Positions 35,431 to 45,723 of a DNA stretch of 60,640 nt are shown here, piece by piece (within the stretch, counting starts at the first letter, position 1; every line of letters begins with the position of its first letter). Source of the DNA: a virus (taxonomy: Duplodnaviria; Caudoviricetes). The position numbers were made by a program, and so were the translations under genes. The DNA is taken from IMG/VR virus record IMGVR_UViG_3300047635_000036, positions 1 through 60,640 of that record; one strand, given 5' to 3'. Under the pieces are notes generated by a model that made no database searches, was not told where the DNA came from, and worked only from the letters and a program-made list of their open reading frames with translations.

Positions 35431-35595
35431 ATGTGCAACTGCCGCAAGAACAAGAGGACCGTCGACCCGGGCGCGGCCGCGGGTCAGCAGCTCTCCGACC
35501 AGCAGATCAGCCAGCTCGTGGCGTCCGCCGAGACTATCGCCACGAGGGTCGAGCAGGGTCCAATAACACCGTCATCCAACACTGCTACACTCTGA
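35431..35595 (+). CDS. Small MCNCRK-type protein upstream of capsid
   Basis: RBS ggagg, 54 aa, not in ORF track. Confidence 0.55.
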   Translation: MCNCRKNKRTVDPGAAAGQQLSDQQISQLVASAETIATRVEQGPITPSSNTATL

Positions 35596-35646
35596 CCCAG
35601 TCGCAGCGCGCGGACGTCCGCACGCCCTCATCCATCGGAGGCTACC

Positions 35647-37437
35647 GTGGCCGACCAGCCTGCGGAGCTTGTGAGCGTCCCCGCTGACCTGACTCTCGTC
35701 AGTGACGACGACCTGTCCAACCTCGAGACGACCGTCACCGCCGAGTTCGACCGCGTCAACGCGGCGGACGTGACCCCCGAGGCGCTCGAGTACGCGATGC
35801 AGCTCGCGGACCACGCCGACCGCATCCGGGCCGAGCTCGCCGCCCGGCGCGCCCGCACCGAGCAGGCCGAGGCCCAGAAGCGCGCCGCGATGCTGAAGAC
35901 CCAGCAGACGCTCCAGGCCCGCATGGACCGGGGCAACGGCGGCGAGGGCGGCGGCGGCACCGGCCCGCTCGGCGGGGAGAGCGGCGGGGCGGTCGACGCC
36001 GAGGCGATCGCCGCGGCCGCCGCCCGCGGCGCCACCGCGGCCCTGGTGGCCGCCCTCGGTGACCGGGTGGTCGGCCGGAGCCTGGTCCAGGTGACTGAGC
36101 GCGCCACCGACAGCCTGAGCGCCGCGCGGCGCTTCCAGCCCGCGACCAAGGCCCCCGAGAAGCGACTCACGGTCACCGCGAGCGTGGACATCCCGGGCGT
36201 GGCGCGCGGCGAGGGCATCAACAACCTCGAGCACCTCACCGAGATCGTGCGCCGCAAGGCGCGGTCGATGCCGGTCACCAACGAGAGCCCGAACCAGCAG
36301 CTCGTGGCGAGCATCCGCAACGAGTTCGCGCACACGGTGGACGACCGGACCTCTCCCGGGCAGATCGACGAGCTGTTCCGCTTCCTCACCTCGGACGACA
36401 AGAAGAACTCCCTGGTGGCCGCCGGCGGCTGGTGCGCGCCGTCGGAGATCCGCTACGACTTCTTCAACATCGCCTGCGCGGACGGCCTGGTGGACCTGCC
36501 GACCTTCGGCGTGTCCCGCGGCGGCGTGCAGGTCCCGGTGTCCCCCTCCCTGGCCGACGTGCTGGGGACTAACCCGAACCAGGCGTTCGGCGGGTTCTCC
36601 GTGGCGTTCAACGTCAACTCGATCCCGTGGCTGTGGACCGAGGCGAGCGACATCGCGGCCGTCACGGGCTCCCCGACCAAGCACTGCATCCGGGTGCCCT
36701 GCCCGACGTTCACCGACCGGCGGCTGGAGTGCTACGGCATCTGCGTCACGGCGGGCAACCTGGCCGACGACGCCTACCCCGAGAGCACTGCCAACTTCAT
36801 TCGGCTCATGATGGCCGCGCACGCGCACGCCATGAACGGCCAGATCATCAACACGATGCTCAGCCTGTGCTCGGCGGCCGTCTCCACCGGCGGGTTCGCG
36901 GCCACCACCAACCCGGCCTACCAGCAGATCTACGGCGGCATCTCGCTCGGCGTGGTGGACTACCGGGCGCGCTACGGCATGTGCGAGGACGACGTCCTCG
37001 AGGTCGTCGCCCCGTTCTGGCTGAAGTCGGTCATCCGCGCGGATCTCGCGCACCGCACCGGCATCGACCCCGACCAGGTCTCCAACGCCGAGATCGACGG
37101 CTGGTTCACCGACCTGAACGTCCGCGTCCAGTGGGTCAACGACTGGCAGGTGCGCGGCTCCGGCCAGTTCGGCAACGCCACCCCGATGACCGCGTGGCCG
37201 ACCACCGCCGACGTCATGATCTACGCCGCCGGCACCTTCCTGCTGGGCAACGGCCTCTCGCTGGACCTCGGCGTGGTCCGGGACAGCGCGCTCAACGCGA
37301 CCAACGACCACACCGCGGCCTGGACCGAGGAGTGCCACCTGGTCACCCGAGTCGGCCACGAGGCCCGGCGCTACTCGATCGCCTTCAACGTGGTCGGCCG
37401 CACCGGCTCGGCCAACATCACGGGCGCCAACCTGTAG
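35647..37437 (+). CDS. Major capsid (hexamer) protein with N-terminal scaffold-like region
   Basis: Coiled-coil N-terminus; LVAAGGWCAPSEIRYD, SRGG, LDLGVVRDSALN..ND. Confidence 0.85.
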   Translation: MADQPAELVSVPADLTLVSDDDLSNLETTVTAEFDRVNAADVTPEALEYAMQLADHADRIRAELAARRARTEQAEAQKRAAMLKTQQTLQARMDRGNGGEGGGGTGPLGGESGGAVDAEAIAAAAARGATAALVAALGDRVVGRSLVQVTERATDSLSAARRFQPATKAPEKRLTVTASVDIPGVARGEGINNLEHLTEIVRRKARSMPVTNESPNQQLVASIRNEFAHTVDDRTSPGQIDELFRFLTSDDKKNSLVAAGGWCAPSEIRYDFFNIACADGLVDLPTFGVSRGGVQVPVSPSLADVLGTNPNQAFGGFSVAFNVNSIPWLWTEASDIAAVTGSPTKHCIRVPCPTFTDRRLECYGICVTAGNLADDAYPESTANFIRLMMAAHAHAMNGQIINTMLSLCSAAVSTGGFAATTNPAYQQIYGGISLGVVDYRARYGMCEDDVLEVVAPFWLKSVIRADLAHRTGIDPDQVSNAEIDGWFTDLNVRVQWVNDWQVRGSGQFGNATPMTAWPTTADVMIYAAGTFLLGNGLSLDLGVVRDSALNATNDHTAAWTEECHLVTRVGHEARRYSIAFNVVGRTGSANITGANL

Positions 37438-37485
37438 CAGTCAGATCGACCGGGCGGAGGCAGCGCGGAGAGAGTGAGGTGAGCG

Positions 37486-38385
37486 GTGGCCGGACCCCGA
37501 CTGATCATCGAGCCGCCGTCGTTCGCCTCCTCGTCCTACGGGCTGCTCAGCGTCGTTCAGACCCCGGACGTCTCGAGCCCGCACTGGCAGAACGGCGTGA
37601 CCTGGCAGTCGCGCTGCATGGAGACCGGCATGGGTGCCTCGACCTACGACGAGTGCATCGCGGTCACCGGCGTCGGCGCGGTACCCGAGCCCAGCCCGAA
37701 GACGCACAACGTGCACCAGGTGCTGCGGGCGGCCACGCCGTTCACTCCGCTCACCCGGTTCGACTGCTCGCCCGTCGGGCTCGGCGACGCGTCCGCGCTC
37801 GCCCAGGCCGCGCTCGCCCAGAGCGAGACCTGGCAGGTCGAGCGGGCCTTCTGGACCGGGCTGGTGGACGGTAAGCCGATCGCCTTCCCGCACCTGGCGG
37901 CCAACGCCGACGTCTTCGACACGCAGGGCGCCCAGCTCCAGTCCGCGGCCACCGTCGTCACCTCCGGCACCGCGGTCGACGTGGCCACCGCCCTGGGCCT
38001 GGTCGAGGAGGGGCTGGCCAACTGCTACAACGGCCAGGGGGTCGTCCACGTCCCGACCCGGGTGCTGCCCACCCTGGACATGCACGGCATCATCCGGGTC
38101 GTCGACGGGCACCTGGAGACCCTGCGGGGTAACCGCGTCTCCGTGGGCGGCGGCTACCCGGGCACCTCCCCGGCCGGTGCGACGGCGGCAGCCGGGGAGG
38201 CCTGGATCTACGCCACCGGGGCCGTGTTCCTGCTCCGCGGCGACGTCCGGATCCTGCCCACGACCCCCGACTCGTTCGATCGGTCGACCAACACCGTCCA
38301 GCAGATCGCCGAGCGGACGTACGTACTGGGCTGGGACTGCTGCCACGTGGCGGCCCAGGTCCACTTCGGCGTACCGGTGACGTAG
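37486..38385 (+). CDS. Second capsid (pentamer-type) protein
   Basis: Follows MCP; GLLSV, HWQNGV, VERAFWTG, GGGY, WIYATG, AERTYV. Confidence 0.7.
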   Translation: MAGPRLIIEPPSFASSSYGLLSVVQTPDVSSPHWQNGVTWQSRCMETGMGASTYDECIAVTGVGAVPEPSPKTHNVHQVLRAATPFTPLTRFDCSPVGLGDASALAQAALAQSETWQVERAFWTGLVDGKPIAFPHLAANADVFDTQGAQLQSAATVVTSGTAVDVATALGLVEEGLANCYNGQGVVHVPTRVLPTLDMHGIIRVVDGHLETLRGNRVSVGGGYPGTSPAGATAAAGEAWIYATGAVFLLRGDVRILPTTPDSFDRSTNTVQQIAERTYVLGWDCCHVAAQVHFGVPVT

Positions 38386-38397
38386 GAGGAGACCATC

Positions 38398-39078
38398 GTG
38401 GCTGGCATCTGCGCGACGCCCATCAAGGGCACCCACATGCGCATCGTCAAGGTCGACGCCTGCGGCATCCCCGTGACCGGCGCCTCGGCCCTGTGCATCG
38501 TCACCAAGGGCTTCGTCCAGGTGAACCAGGACCCCGACTACGAGGCCGGCCAGGAGTTCCTGGAAAAGAACGCCGACGGCGACCTGTGCGTCAACCAGAA
38601 GGACAAGCCGCTGCTCAAGCGGATGAAGCTGACCGTCGACTACTGCGAGATCGACCCGGTCGCGGCCGCCTACGTGCTCGACGCCCGCCTCCTGGACACC
38701 GTGAGCCCCGCCGTCACCGGCACCGGCTTCGCGTTCATGGAGGGCGCCAACGACAACCGCTTCTCGATGGAGGTCTGGCAGCGCGTGGCCGGGTCCGGCG
38801 CCTGCGACCCGTCCGGCGCGCAGCGCTACATCTACAACGCCTGGCCCAACGTCGGCAACGCCCAGGTCGGCGCCTACTCCATCCAGAACGGCAAGGCCAC
38901 CCTGCAGTTCGTCGCGGAGACCAACGCCGCGGCCAACCAGTGGGGCCACGGGCCGGGCGTCACCACCTGGCTGCCGACCGGCCGCGTGGTGAACGAGGCC
39001 GGCCTGGACCACTGGCTGTGGAACATCACGACCGTGGCGCTGCCGAACGCCGCCTGCGGTCCCACCACCCTGACGTAA
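38398..39078 (+). CDS. Major tail (tube) protein
   Basis: RIVKVDACG, KNADGDLC, FSMEVW. Confidence 0.8.
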   Translation: MAGICATPIKGTHMRIVKVDACGIPVTGASALCIVTKGFVQVNQDPDYEAGQEFLEKNADGDLCVNQKDKPLLKRMKLTVDYCEIDPVAAAYVLDARLLDTVSPAVTGTGFAFMEGANDNRFSMEVWQRVAGSGACDPSGAQRYIYNAWPNVGNAQVGAYSIQNGKATLQFVAETNAAANQWGHGPGVTTWLPTGRVVNEAGLDHWLWNITTVALPNAACGPTTLT

Positions 39079-39090
39079 GGGGGTACGCCC

Positions 39091-39912
39091 TTGAGCGCCC
39101 CCCTGACCACGCAGTTCGGGCCCTGCGATCCCTGGCCCGCGCGGTTCCCGTGCAAGGACATCACCGAGGTCCCCGAGGACCTGCTACAGCAGGCCGTCCA
39201 GGTGGCCACCGAGGTCGTCTGGTCGCTGTCCGGGCGCCAGTTCGGGCTGTGCACCCAGAAGCTGCGGCCCTGCCGCGGCGACTGCGGGGACGCTCCCTGG
39301 CCCTGGGGTGACTACTGGTCGAACCTGCCCACCGCCGGCGGGGGGAGCTGGCCGACGCCGGCGCTGATCGGCGGCCAGTGGTTCAACCTCGTCTGCGGCG
39401 GGTGCTCCGGCAACTGCTCGTGCAGCGTGGTGTCCGAGGTGCGGCTACCGGCGCCCGTGCACGACGTCGTCGAGGTTCGCCTGGACGGCTCACCCATGAC
39501 CACCGGCTCCTACCGGATCGACGACAACCGCCTGCTCGTCCGCACCGACGGCGGCCTCTGGCCGCTGTGCAACGACCTGAACAAGGACGACACCAAGGCG
39601 GGCACCTGGTCGGTCACCGCGCGATTCGGCGTCGAGGTCCCCGAGGGGGGCGCTTGGGCCGTCGGCGAGCTCGCCTGCCAGTTGGTGAAGGCGTTCAACG
39701 GGGGCGACTGCCTGATCCCCGCCCAGGTCGTGCAGCTCATCAGGCAGGGCGCCACCCTCCAGTTCCCCAACCCGGTGGAGCTCCTCAAGCAGGGGCTGAC
39801 CAACCTCTACCTGGTCAACCTCTTCCTCACGACCTGGAACCCCAACAGGCTCAGGCGACGAGCGGGGACCTACTCCGTCGACTACCCGACACCCCGCAGG
39901 ACGGCGACGTGA
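39091..39912 (+). CDS. Head-to-tail adaptor
   Basis: LSGRQFG, LRPC, LVRTDG..WP.C, GELAC, TWNP. Confidence 0.8.
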   Translation: MSAPLTTQFGPCDPWPARFPCKDITEVPEDLLQQAVQVATEVVWSLSGRQFGLCTQKLRPCRGDCGDAPWPWGDYWSNLPTAGGGSWPTPALIGGQWFNLVCGGCSGNCSCSVVSEVRLPAPVHDVVEVRLDGSPMTTGSYRIDDNRLLVRTDGGLWPLCNDLNKDDTKAGTWSVTARFGVEVPEGGAWAVGELACQLVKAFNGGDCLIPAQVVQLIRQGATLQFPNPVELLKQGLTNLYLVNLFLTTWNPNRLRRRAGTYSVDYPTPRRTAT

Positions 39913-40433
39913 CCCAACTGAGCGGGCCGACCGCCTTCTACCAGGTGGCCTCGGTCCTGGTCACCGGAGTCGCGGACGAGCTGGTCGGCAGCCTCGGCGG
40001 CGCGGTGGAGCGCGCCGGGGTGGTCCCGGCGGACGTCGTGTGGGACGACTGCAGTTGCGGGCTGCTCGCGGTCACGCTCAGCCGGTTCTTCCTCTCGGAG
40101 AACTTCCCCGCCGACTCCGTGACTACCGGGGAGATCCGGATCGGGCCCTGCGACCTGCCGTGGATCGTCGGGGAGATCCACCTCGACGTGGTGCGGTGCG
40201 CGCCCCTGCCGACGGGAGAGGCGCTCGCGCCGAGTGTGGAGGCGCTCGACGGGAGCGCGCAGGTCCTGCTCGACGACGCCTGGCACGCCCTGCACCGGGC
40301 CACCCAGGAGCTCTGCGCGCTCAAGTCGGACGAGAGGATCGTCGACTACGTGACCGGGGAGCAGACCGCGGTCGGGCCGCTCGGCGACTGCGTGGGCACC
40401 GACCTGCGGCTGCTGGTCGCGCTGGAGAGATAG
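39909..40433 (+). CDS. Tail terminator / neck protein
   Basis: Position; WDDCSCG, VVRCAP, GPLGDCVG. Confidence 0.65.
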   Translation: MTQLSGPTAFYQVASVLVTGVADELVGSLGGAVERAGVVPADVVWDDCSCGLLAVTLSRFFLSENFPADSVTTGEIRIGPCDLPWIVGEIHLDVVRCAPLPTGEALAPSVEALDGSAQVLLDDAWHALHRATQELCALKSDERIVDYVTGEQTAVGPLGDCVGTDLRLLVALER

Positions 40434-40440
40434 GTGCCCC

Positions 40441-40845
40441 GTGACCGACGTCCAGATCGACCTCGACGAGGTCCAGCTCCAGGTCCTGCTCCGCTCCGAC
40501 GATGGCGTGGTGGGCAAGGACACGATGAAGCGGGCCAGGAAGGTCGAGGCGTCAGCGAAGCGCCGGGTCCGCGTCAAGACCGGCCGGCTCCAGCGCTCCA
40601 TCAAGGCGCGCCGCGACCGCTCCGAGGGCGAGGCCTCCGCGGTCGTGGAGGCCACCGCCAGGCACGCCCGGTTCGTCCACGAGGGCACCGGGGTCTACGG
40701 GCCGACCGGGCTCCCGATCCAGCCCAGGACCCGCAGCGTGCTGAAGTTCCGGGTCGGCGGCGGGATGACGATCTTCGCGCCGAGCGTGCGCGGCCAGCGC
40801 GGCACCCACTTCCTGCGCGACGCGATGGCGGCCGCCGTCGACTAG
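40441..40845 (+). CDS. HK97 gp10-like neck/tail completion protein
   Basis: VKTGRLQRSI, ARFVHEGT, HFLRDAM. Confidence 0.8.
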   Translation: MTDVQIDLDEVQLQVLLRSDDGVVGKDTMKRARKVEASAKRRVRVKTGRLQRSIKARRDRSEGEASAVVEATARHARFVHEGTGVYGPTGLPIQPRTRSVLKFRVGGGMTIFAPSVRGQRGTHFLRDAMAAAVD

Positions 40846-40926
40846 CTCTTGACGCTATCGAGGGCGGGGGCCCGACCCGGGCTACCGTCGTCCACGACCG
40901 CCGACGAGCGGAGGGAGAGAGCAGAC

Positions 40927-41394
40927 GTGACCAGTCCCGCGACCGTGAGCATCGACCTCGACGACGAGGGCATACCCGACTTCACCCCGCCGCCCGGACC
41001 CCGGTTCCGGGTCTACGAGGAGGTCTACGAGGGCGTCCGGGAGATCGCCGCCGACACCATCCTCGGCGTGCTGGCGAACATCCAGAACATGGAGGGGAGC
41101 AAACCCGAGGACCAGGTGCAGACGATCAAGGACATCATGACGACGGTCCTGGTCGCCGAGTCAGCCGAGCGCTTCGTGGCCAACATGAGCAACAGCGCCG
41201 CGCCGATCGGCCTGAAGACCCTGATGACGACGCTCAACTGGATGATCGAGCAGTACGGCGGACGCCCTACCGAGCCGGACTCGGACTCCTCGCCTGGGTC
41301 CGAGAACCCGGAGTCTGGCACGAGCTCGACGGCGACCACCTCAGCCGAGGTATCGACATCCTCAGATTACCGGCAGATCGATTCCTCAACGTGA
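40927..41394 (+). CDS. Tail assembly chaperone (short form)
   Basis: Upstream of tape measure; ends YGGRPT plus Ser/Thr-rich tail. Confidence 0.8.
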   Translation: MTSPATVSIDLDDEGIPDFTPPPGPRFRVYEEVYEGVREIAADTILGVLANIQNMEGSKPEDQVQTIKDIMTTVLVAESAERFVANMSNSAAPIGLKTLMTTLNWMIEQYGGRPTEPDSDSSPGSENPESGTSSTATTSAEVSTSSDYRQIDSST

Positions 41395-41615
41395 TCTACG
41401 CGGCCATGGTGCGCAACCTGGGCCACGACGAGGACGACCCGGGCGCGCCGCGCCGCAGGCTGGACAGCACGCTCGACGTAGCCCACTGGTCGGTTCCGGG
41501 CAGGGGTCCGACCGCACGCCAGAGGCTGCGCAGGGAGAACCCCGGCGCACCGGACTGGTGGTACGGAGACGAGGACGCTTCCCAGAGCTTCCTCACGGAG
41601 ATGGGAGCGGGGTGA
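40927..41615 (+). CDS. Tail assembly chaperone, -1 frameshifted long form
   Basis: The -1 frame from about 41265 is high GC3 (LPADRFLNVIY...PDWWYGDEDASQS) and ends 4 nt before the tape measure start. Confidence 0.7.
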
Positions 41616-41619
41616 CCTC

Positions 41620-44295
41620 GTGGCGGAGGTGATCGGGCGCGCGCTGATCCGGGTTCTGCCCCAGACGGCTGAGTTCGCCGTGCGCCTCCGCAACGACCTC
41701 AAGCGCACCTTCCAGACCGTCACGGACAGCTTCGCAGTGTTGGGTACCCAGGCGCTGGCCGGCGCGGGCGTCGCGCTCGGCGGGGCGGCCTTCAACCTCG
41801 CCGGCGCGTTCGCCCTCATCCCGGCAGCGGCCGCCTCCACCACCGTCGCGCTGGGCGCCTTGGCGGTCGGGTTCCAGGGCGTCGGCAAGGCGATCAAGGA
41901 CTCGGGCGACCCGAAGAAGTTCGCCAAGGACCTCGAGAAGCTGTCCCCCGAGGCGCGCAAGGCGGCGATCGCCGTCAAGGACCTCGGGATCAAGGCCGGC
42001 GAGTTCCGGGTGGCCGTCCAGGACGCCCTGTTCAAGAACCTCGACACGACCATCACCAAGCTGGGCAACACGCTGCTGCCCGGGGTGAAGAAGAACTTCG
42101 TCGAGATCGCCTCGGCGGTCAACGACGGGGCGCGCGCGTTCGCCCTGTTCGCCGGGTCCAAGCAGACCGTCGCCGACATCAACAACCTGTTCAACAACAC
42201 CAAGACCTCCCTGAAGATCCTGGCGCCGGCGGGAATCGCGTTCAGCACCGCGATTCGGGACATCGTCTCCGTCGGGTCGAATTTCCTGCCGATCATCGCG
42301 AGCTCGATCACCTCGGTCACCGAGCGGTTCTCGGCCTTCATCGCTCGAGCGCGCGACTCGGGTCAGCTCAGCGCGTTCTTCGCGAAGGGCCTCGAGACGC
42401 TCCACACCCTGATCGACATATTCAAGAACCTCGGTCAGACGATCCTGTCGATATTCCACACCGCCAGCGACGCCGGGGCCGGGTTCCTCCAGTCGATCGA
42501 CAACGTCACCAAGTCGCTCAAGGACTTCTTCACCAACGACCCGGGTAAGTTCGCCGTCACCCAGTTCCTGATCTCCGCCAAGGACGCCGCCCAGGCGCTC
42601 GCGCCGGTATTGAAGGCCGTGTTCCAGGTGTTCGCCGGCGAGGTCACGCCGATCCTGGCCAACATCGGGACGATCCTCGGTCCCCCGGTCACCGAATTCG
42701 TCAACTCCCTCGGCTCCGCGCTCAAGATCGCGGAGCCCGGCATCACCGCGCTCGCGCAGGGGTTCGGCGCGCTGGTGCGAGGGATCGCGCCGGCGCTGCC
42801 GTCGATCGGACGGCTGGCCAGCGTCATCGGGCAGAGCCTGGGGCGCGTGCTCGAGGCGCTGGCCCCGACGCTCGAGAAGGTCGTGACCGTCCTCGCGGAC
42901 TCGCTCTCCACGGCGCTGAGCGACCCGAAACTGATCGACGGCCTGATCGCCATGGGCAAGGCCTTCGGCGACCTGATCATCGCGCTGGCCCCCATACTGC
43001 CCGATCTCGCGCAGTTGGCCGGCGTGATTCTCAAGGCGATGGCCGACGTGTTGACGGCTATCGCCCCGGTACTGGCAGACGTGATCAAGCAGTTCGTAGA
43101 AGCGTTGCTTCCGTTCTTGCCCGGCATCTTGGACGCCTTCGTAGAATTCGTCAAGATACTGGGAAAGATCGTCGAAGAAGCCCTTCCCCCGTTCATCGAA
43201 CTGCTGAAGGTCATCTTTCCGATTCTCGAACCCGTGATCAGGATAATCGTATTCCTGTTTAGGATACTCGATCCGCTTCGCATAGTGATATCCGCCGTAG
43301 TCACTGCGGTACTAAAGTTCGTCGGGGTCATCGAGAAAGTGTTCGGAGCCATACTCGACTTCATTCCCAGGGTCGCCAAGCTACTGTCCGGGAACGGGCT
43401 GGACGAACTGATCCGGATGACCCAGGAGATAGCCGACTCTCAGATCAGCGTATTCCACGCGGTCAACGAGGCCATCGACAAGCTCAACAGCGGCCTGTTC
43501 CACTTCATCGCGGTCGCGACGCACACGAGCGACGACGTGTCGGGCTCGTCGGAACGCATGGCCAAGCGGACGGCGGACGCGTTCAACGCGATAACCGGGA
43601 GCGCGGGGGACACGGTCAACAAACTGATCAACATCCTGTTCCCCGGATTCGACGCGGTCGCCCAGAAGGGCGCGGGCGCGTTCTCGGCGATCGCGGACGC
43701 CGCCAACCGGGCCTTCCTGATCACCGTCAAGCAGTCCCGAGACACCCTGATCCAGGTCGCCGAGATCTTCAACAACGCGGACCTCAGCCCGGCCGGCACC
43801 GCGCTGGTCGGCGGGTTCGCGGCGGGCATGGTCAACGCCCGCGCGCAGCTACTCATCCAGAAGGCGGCCCGCCAGGTCGTCGAGGCGGTGGCGAGCTGGT
43901 TCCCGCACAGCCCTGCGGAACAGGGTCCGTTCAGCGGCACGGGCTGGACGCCGTTCCGCGGCCAGGCCCTCGTCGAAGGCTTCGCCCAGGGCATCGTGTC
44001 CAGCAAGGACACGCTCAACTCCGCCCTCGGCGGCCTCTTCGGCGACGTGACCACCCAGTTCGGCGGGGTGCGGGCGCCCAACGTCCCGCTGCGTGTCGGC
44101 GCGTTCGGCAGCAGCGGGGGCGTCGCCTCGGCGGCCGCCGCCTCGTCGGTCGGCGCGGCCGCCGCCGGAGACATGCCCGAGGTGCACGTCTTCATCGGGG
44201 AGCAGGAGCTCACCCAGCTCGTGACTGGGGTCGTCGTCAAGAAGAACCGAGACACCAGGCGCCAGGCCCTGGCCGGCACGGGGAGGGCGCGGTGA
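41620..44295 (+). CDS. Tape measure protein
   Basis: 891 aa, helical with amphipathic repeats; FPHSPAEQGPFSG near C-terminus. Confidence 0.9.
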   Translation: MAEVIGRALIRVLPQTAEFAVRLRNDLKRTFQTVTDSFAVLGTQALAGAGVALGGAAFNLAGAFALIPAAAASTTVALGALAVGFQGVGKAIKDSGDPKKFAKDLEKLSPEARKAAIAVKDLGIKAGEFRVAVQDALFKNLDTTITKLGNTLLPGVKKNFVEIASAVNDGARAFALFAGSKQTVADINNLFNNTKTSLKILAPAGIAFSTAIRDIVSVGSNFLPIIASSITSVTERFSAFIARARDSGQLSAFFAKGLETLHTLIDIFKNLGQTILSIFHTASDAGAGFLQSIDNVTKSLKDFFTNDPGKFAVTQFLISAKDAAQALAPVLKAVFQVFAGEVTPILANIGTILGPPVTEFVNSLGSALKIAEPGITALAQGFGALVRGIAPALPSIGRLASVIGQSLGRVLEALAPTLEKVVTVLADSLSTALSDPKLIDGLIAMGKAFGDLIIALAPILPDLAQLAGVILKAMADVLTAIAPVLADVIKQFVEALLPFLPGILDAFVEFVKILGKIVEEALPPFIELLKVIFPILEPVIRIIVFLFRILDPLRIVISAVVTAVLKFVGVIEKVFGAILDFIPRVAKLLSGNGLDELIRMTQEIADSQISVFHAVNEAIDKLNSGLFHFIAVATHTSDDVSGSSERMAKRTADAFNAITGSAGDTVNKLINILFPGFDAVAQKGAGAFSAIADAANRAFLITVKQSRDTLIQVAEIFNNADLSPAGTALVGGFAAGMVNARAQLLIQKAARQVVEAVASWFPHSPAEQGPFSGTGWTPFRGQALVEGFAQGIVSSKDTLNSALGGLFGDVTTQFGGVRAPNVPLRVGAFGSSGGVASAAAASSVGAAAAGDMPEVHVFIGEQELTQLVTGVVVKKNRDTRRQALAGTGRAR

Positions 44296-45710
44296 GCCTC
44301 ACCCTCACCTACGAGTCCACGCTGTCCCGCGTGAAGATCGTGGCCACCGGGATGGGCACCGCCACCACCGGGCTGGTCGAGAAGTCCCTCAACCAGATCA
44401 CCTGGACGACGGTGCGCGGCGGCCAGGACGCCCCGATCGTCGGCGGCTCTATCACGGTCTACGACTACGAGTTCACCTCCGACGCGGTGAACTACTACCG
44501 CGTGACCACCCCCAAGGACGTCTCCTTCGTCTCCAAGGGGACGGTCGCGCACGGGGACAACGCCAGCCTGAACCCGGGCCTACCGGCCGGCGGCGCGGCG
44601 GGCGACGTCCTGGTCCTCACCAGCGCGATCTTCGGCCTCGCGGCCTTCCCGCAGACCCCCGCCGGCTACACCCTGATCGGCAACGCGTCCAACTTCCGCG
44701 TCTTCGCCAAGACCCACGTCGGTGGCGGCGAGGCCGCGCCCACCGTCGCCTTCTCCGGCGGCGTCTCCGGCGACACGACCTCGGCCCAGCTCGCGTGCTT
44801 CCGCAACCTGTCGGGACCCTTCCTCGCCGACCCCCTCGCCCTGAGCCTGCGCACCCCGGCCGCGCAGAACATCGCCTACGCCGGCCTGGCGGTCAGCCCG
44901 ATCCACGCGTTGATCCTCTACACCGGTTGGAAGGCCGACGACTGGATCTCCACCACGACCCTGGCCGGCGACGGCGGGGTGGGCGTCAAGATCGACGACC
45001 CCTCCACGACCACCGGCAGCGACCAGGGGCTGGTCTGGGACTACTGCATCCAGACCACCAAGATCAACGTCGCCGCCGGCTCCTTCCTCGTCACCGGGGG
45101 TGGCGCGGCGCTGTCCAGCAGCATGATCATGGACTTCAAGCCGGCGGACCTGGTGCAGACCGCCAGCATCACGCCGGCCATCAGCGGGGTCTGGCTCAAG
45201 TCGATCCGGTTCCCGTTCCTCAACCGGCAGCTCTTCTGCGTCACCAACATCTCGCCGATCACCAGGAAGGCCCGGACGGCGCTGTTCGACGTCATCGGCC
45301 GCAGCTACCCCGTGGCCATCACCGACCTGAGACGGTCGAAGGAGCTCAGCCTCGACGTCGTCACCCAGACGGCCGTCCAGTGGCAGGACATGGACCTCGC
45401 GCTCTCCACCGGCGACGAGATGTTCCTGCAGACCCCGGCCAGTTACCCGTACCCCTCGCTCTACGTCGTGGTGGGCGACGTCGTCATGGCCCGCCCGCTG
45501 CTCAACCGGTCCTGCAACAACGACTGGCGGGTGTTCACCCTCCCGCTCACCGAGGTCGCGGCGCCCGGTCCGGACGTGGTCGGCTCCACGGTCACCTGGC
45601 AGGGCGTGCTCAACGCGTTCGCCACCTGGCAGGACGTGGTCAACGCGAAGGCCACCTGGCTGGACCTCCTGCAGAGCGTCGGCACCCCGGCCGACGTGAT
45701 CGTGCCGTGA
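44292..45710 (+). CDS. Minor tail protein (distal tail-like with inserted beta domain)
   Basis: Follows TMP; VRGG, DYE, VWLKS, TWQ repeats at C-terminus. Confidence 0.75.
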   Translation: MSLTLTYESTLSRVKIVATGMGTATTGLVEKSLNQITWTTVRGGQDAPIVGGSITVYDYEFTSDAVNYYRVTTPKDVSFVSKGTVAHGDNASLNPGLPAGGAAGDVLVLTSAIFGLAAFPQTPAGYTLIGNASNFRVFAKTHVGGGEAAPTVAFSGGVSGDTTSAQLACFRNLSGPFLADPLALSLRTPAAQNIAYAGLAVSPIHALILYTGWKADDWISTTTLAGDGGVGVKIDDPSTTTGSDQGLVWDYCIQTTKINVAAGSFLVTGGGAALSSSMIMDFKPADLVQTASITPAISGVWLKSIRFPFLNRQLFCVTNISPITRKARTALFDVIGRSYPVAITDLRRSKELSLDVVTQTAVQWQDMDLALSTGDEMFLQTPASYPYPSLYVVVGDVVMARPLLNRSCNNDWRVFTLPLTEVAAPGPDVVGSTVTWQGVLNAFATWQDVVNAKATWLDLLQSVGTPADVIVP

Positions 45711-45723
45711 GGGGGGATGCCGG

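Noticed and set aside
30833-37359. Long antisense and alternate-frame ORFs (e.g. 30943-32850, 33359-35566, 35572-37359; also 56259-58508)
   Set aside because: Shadow ORFs expected at this GC content; Arg/Gly/Pro-rich with no motifs and overlapping well-supported genes
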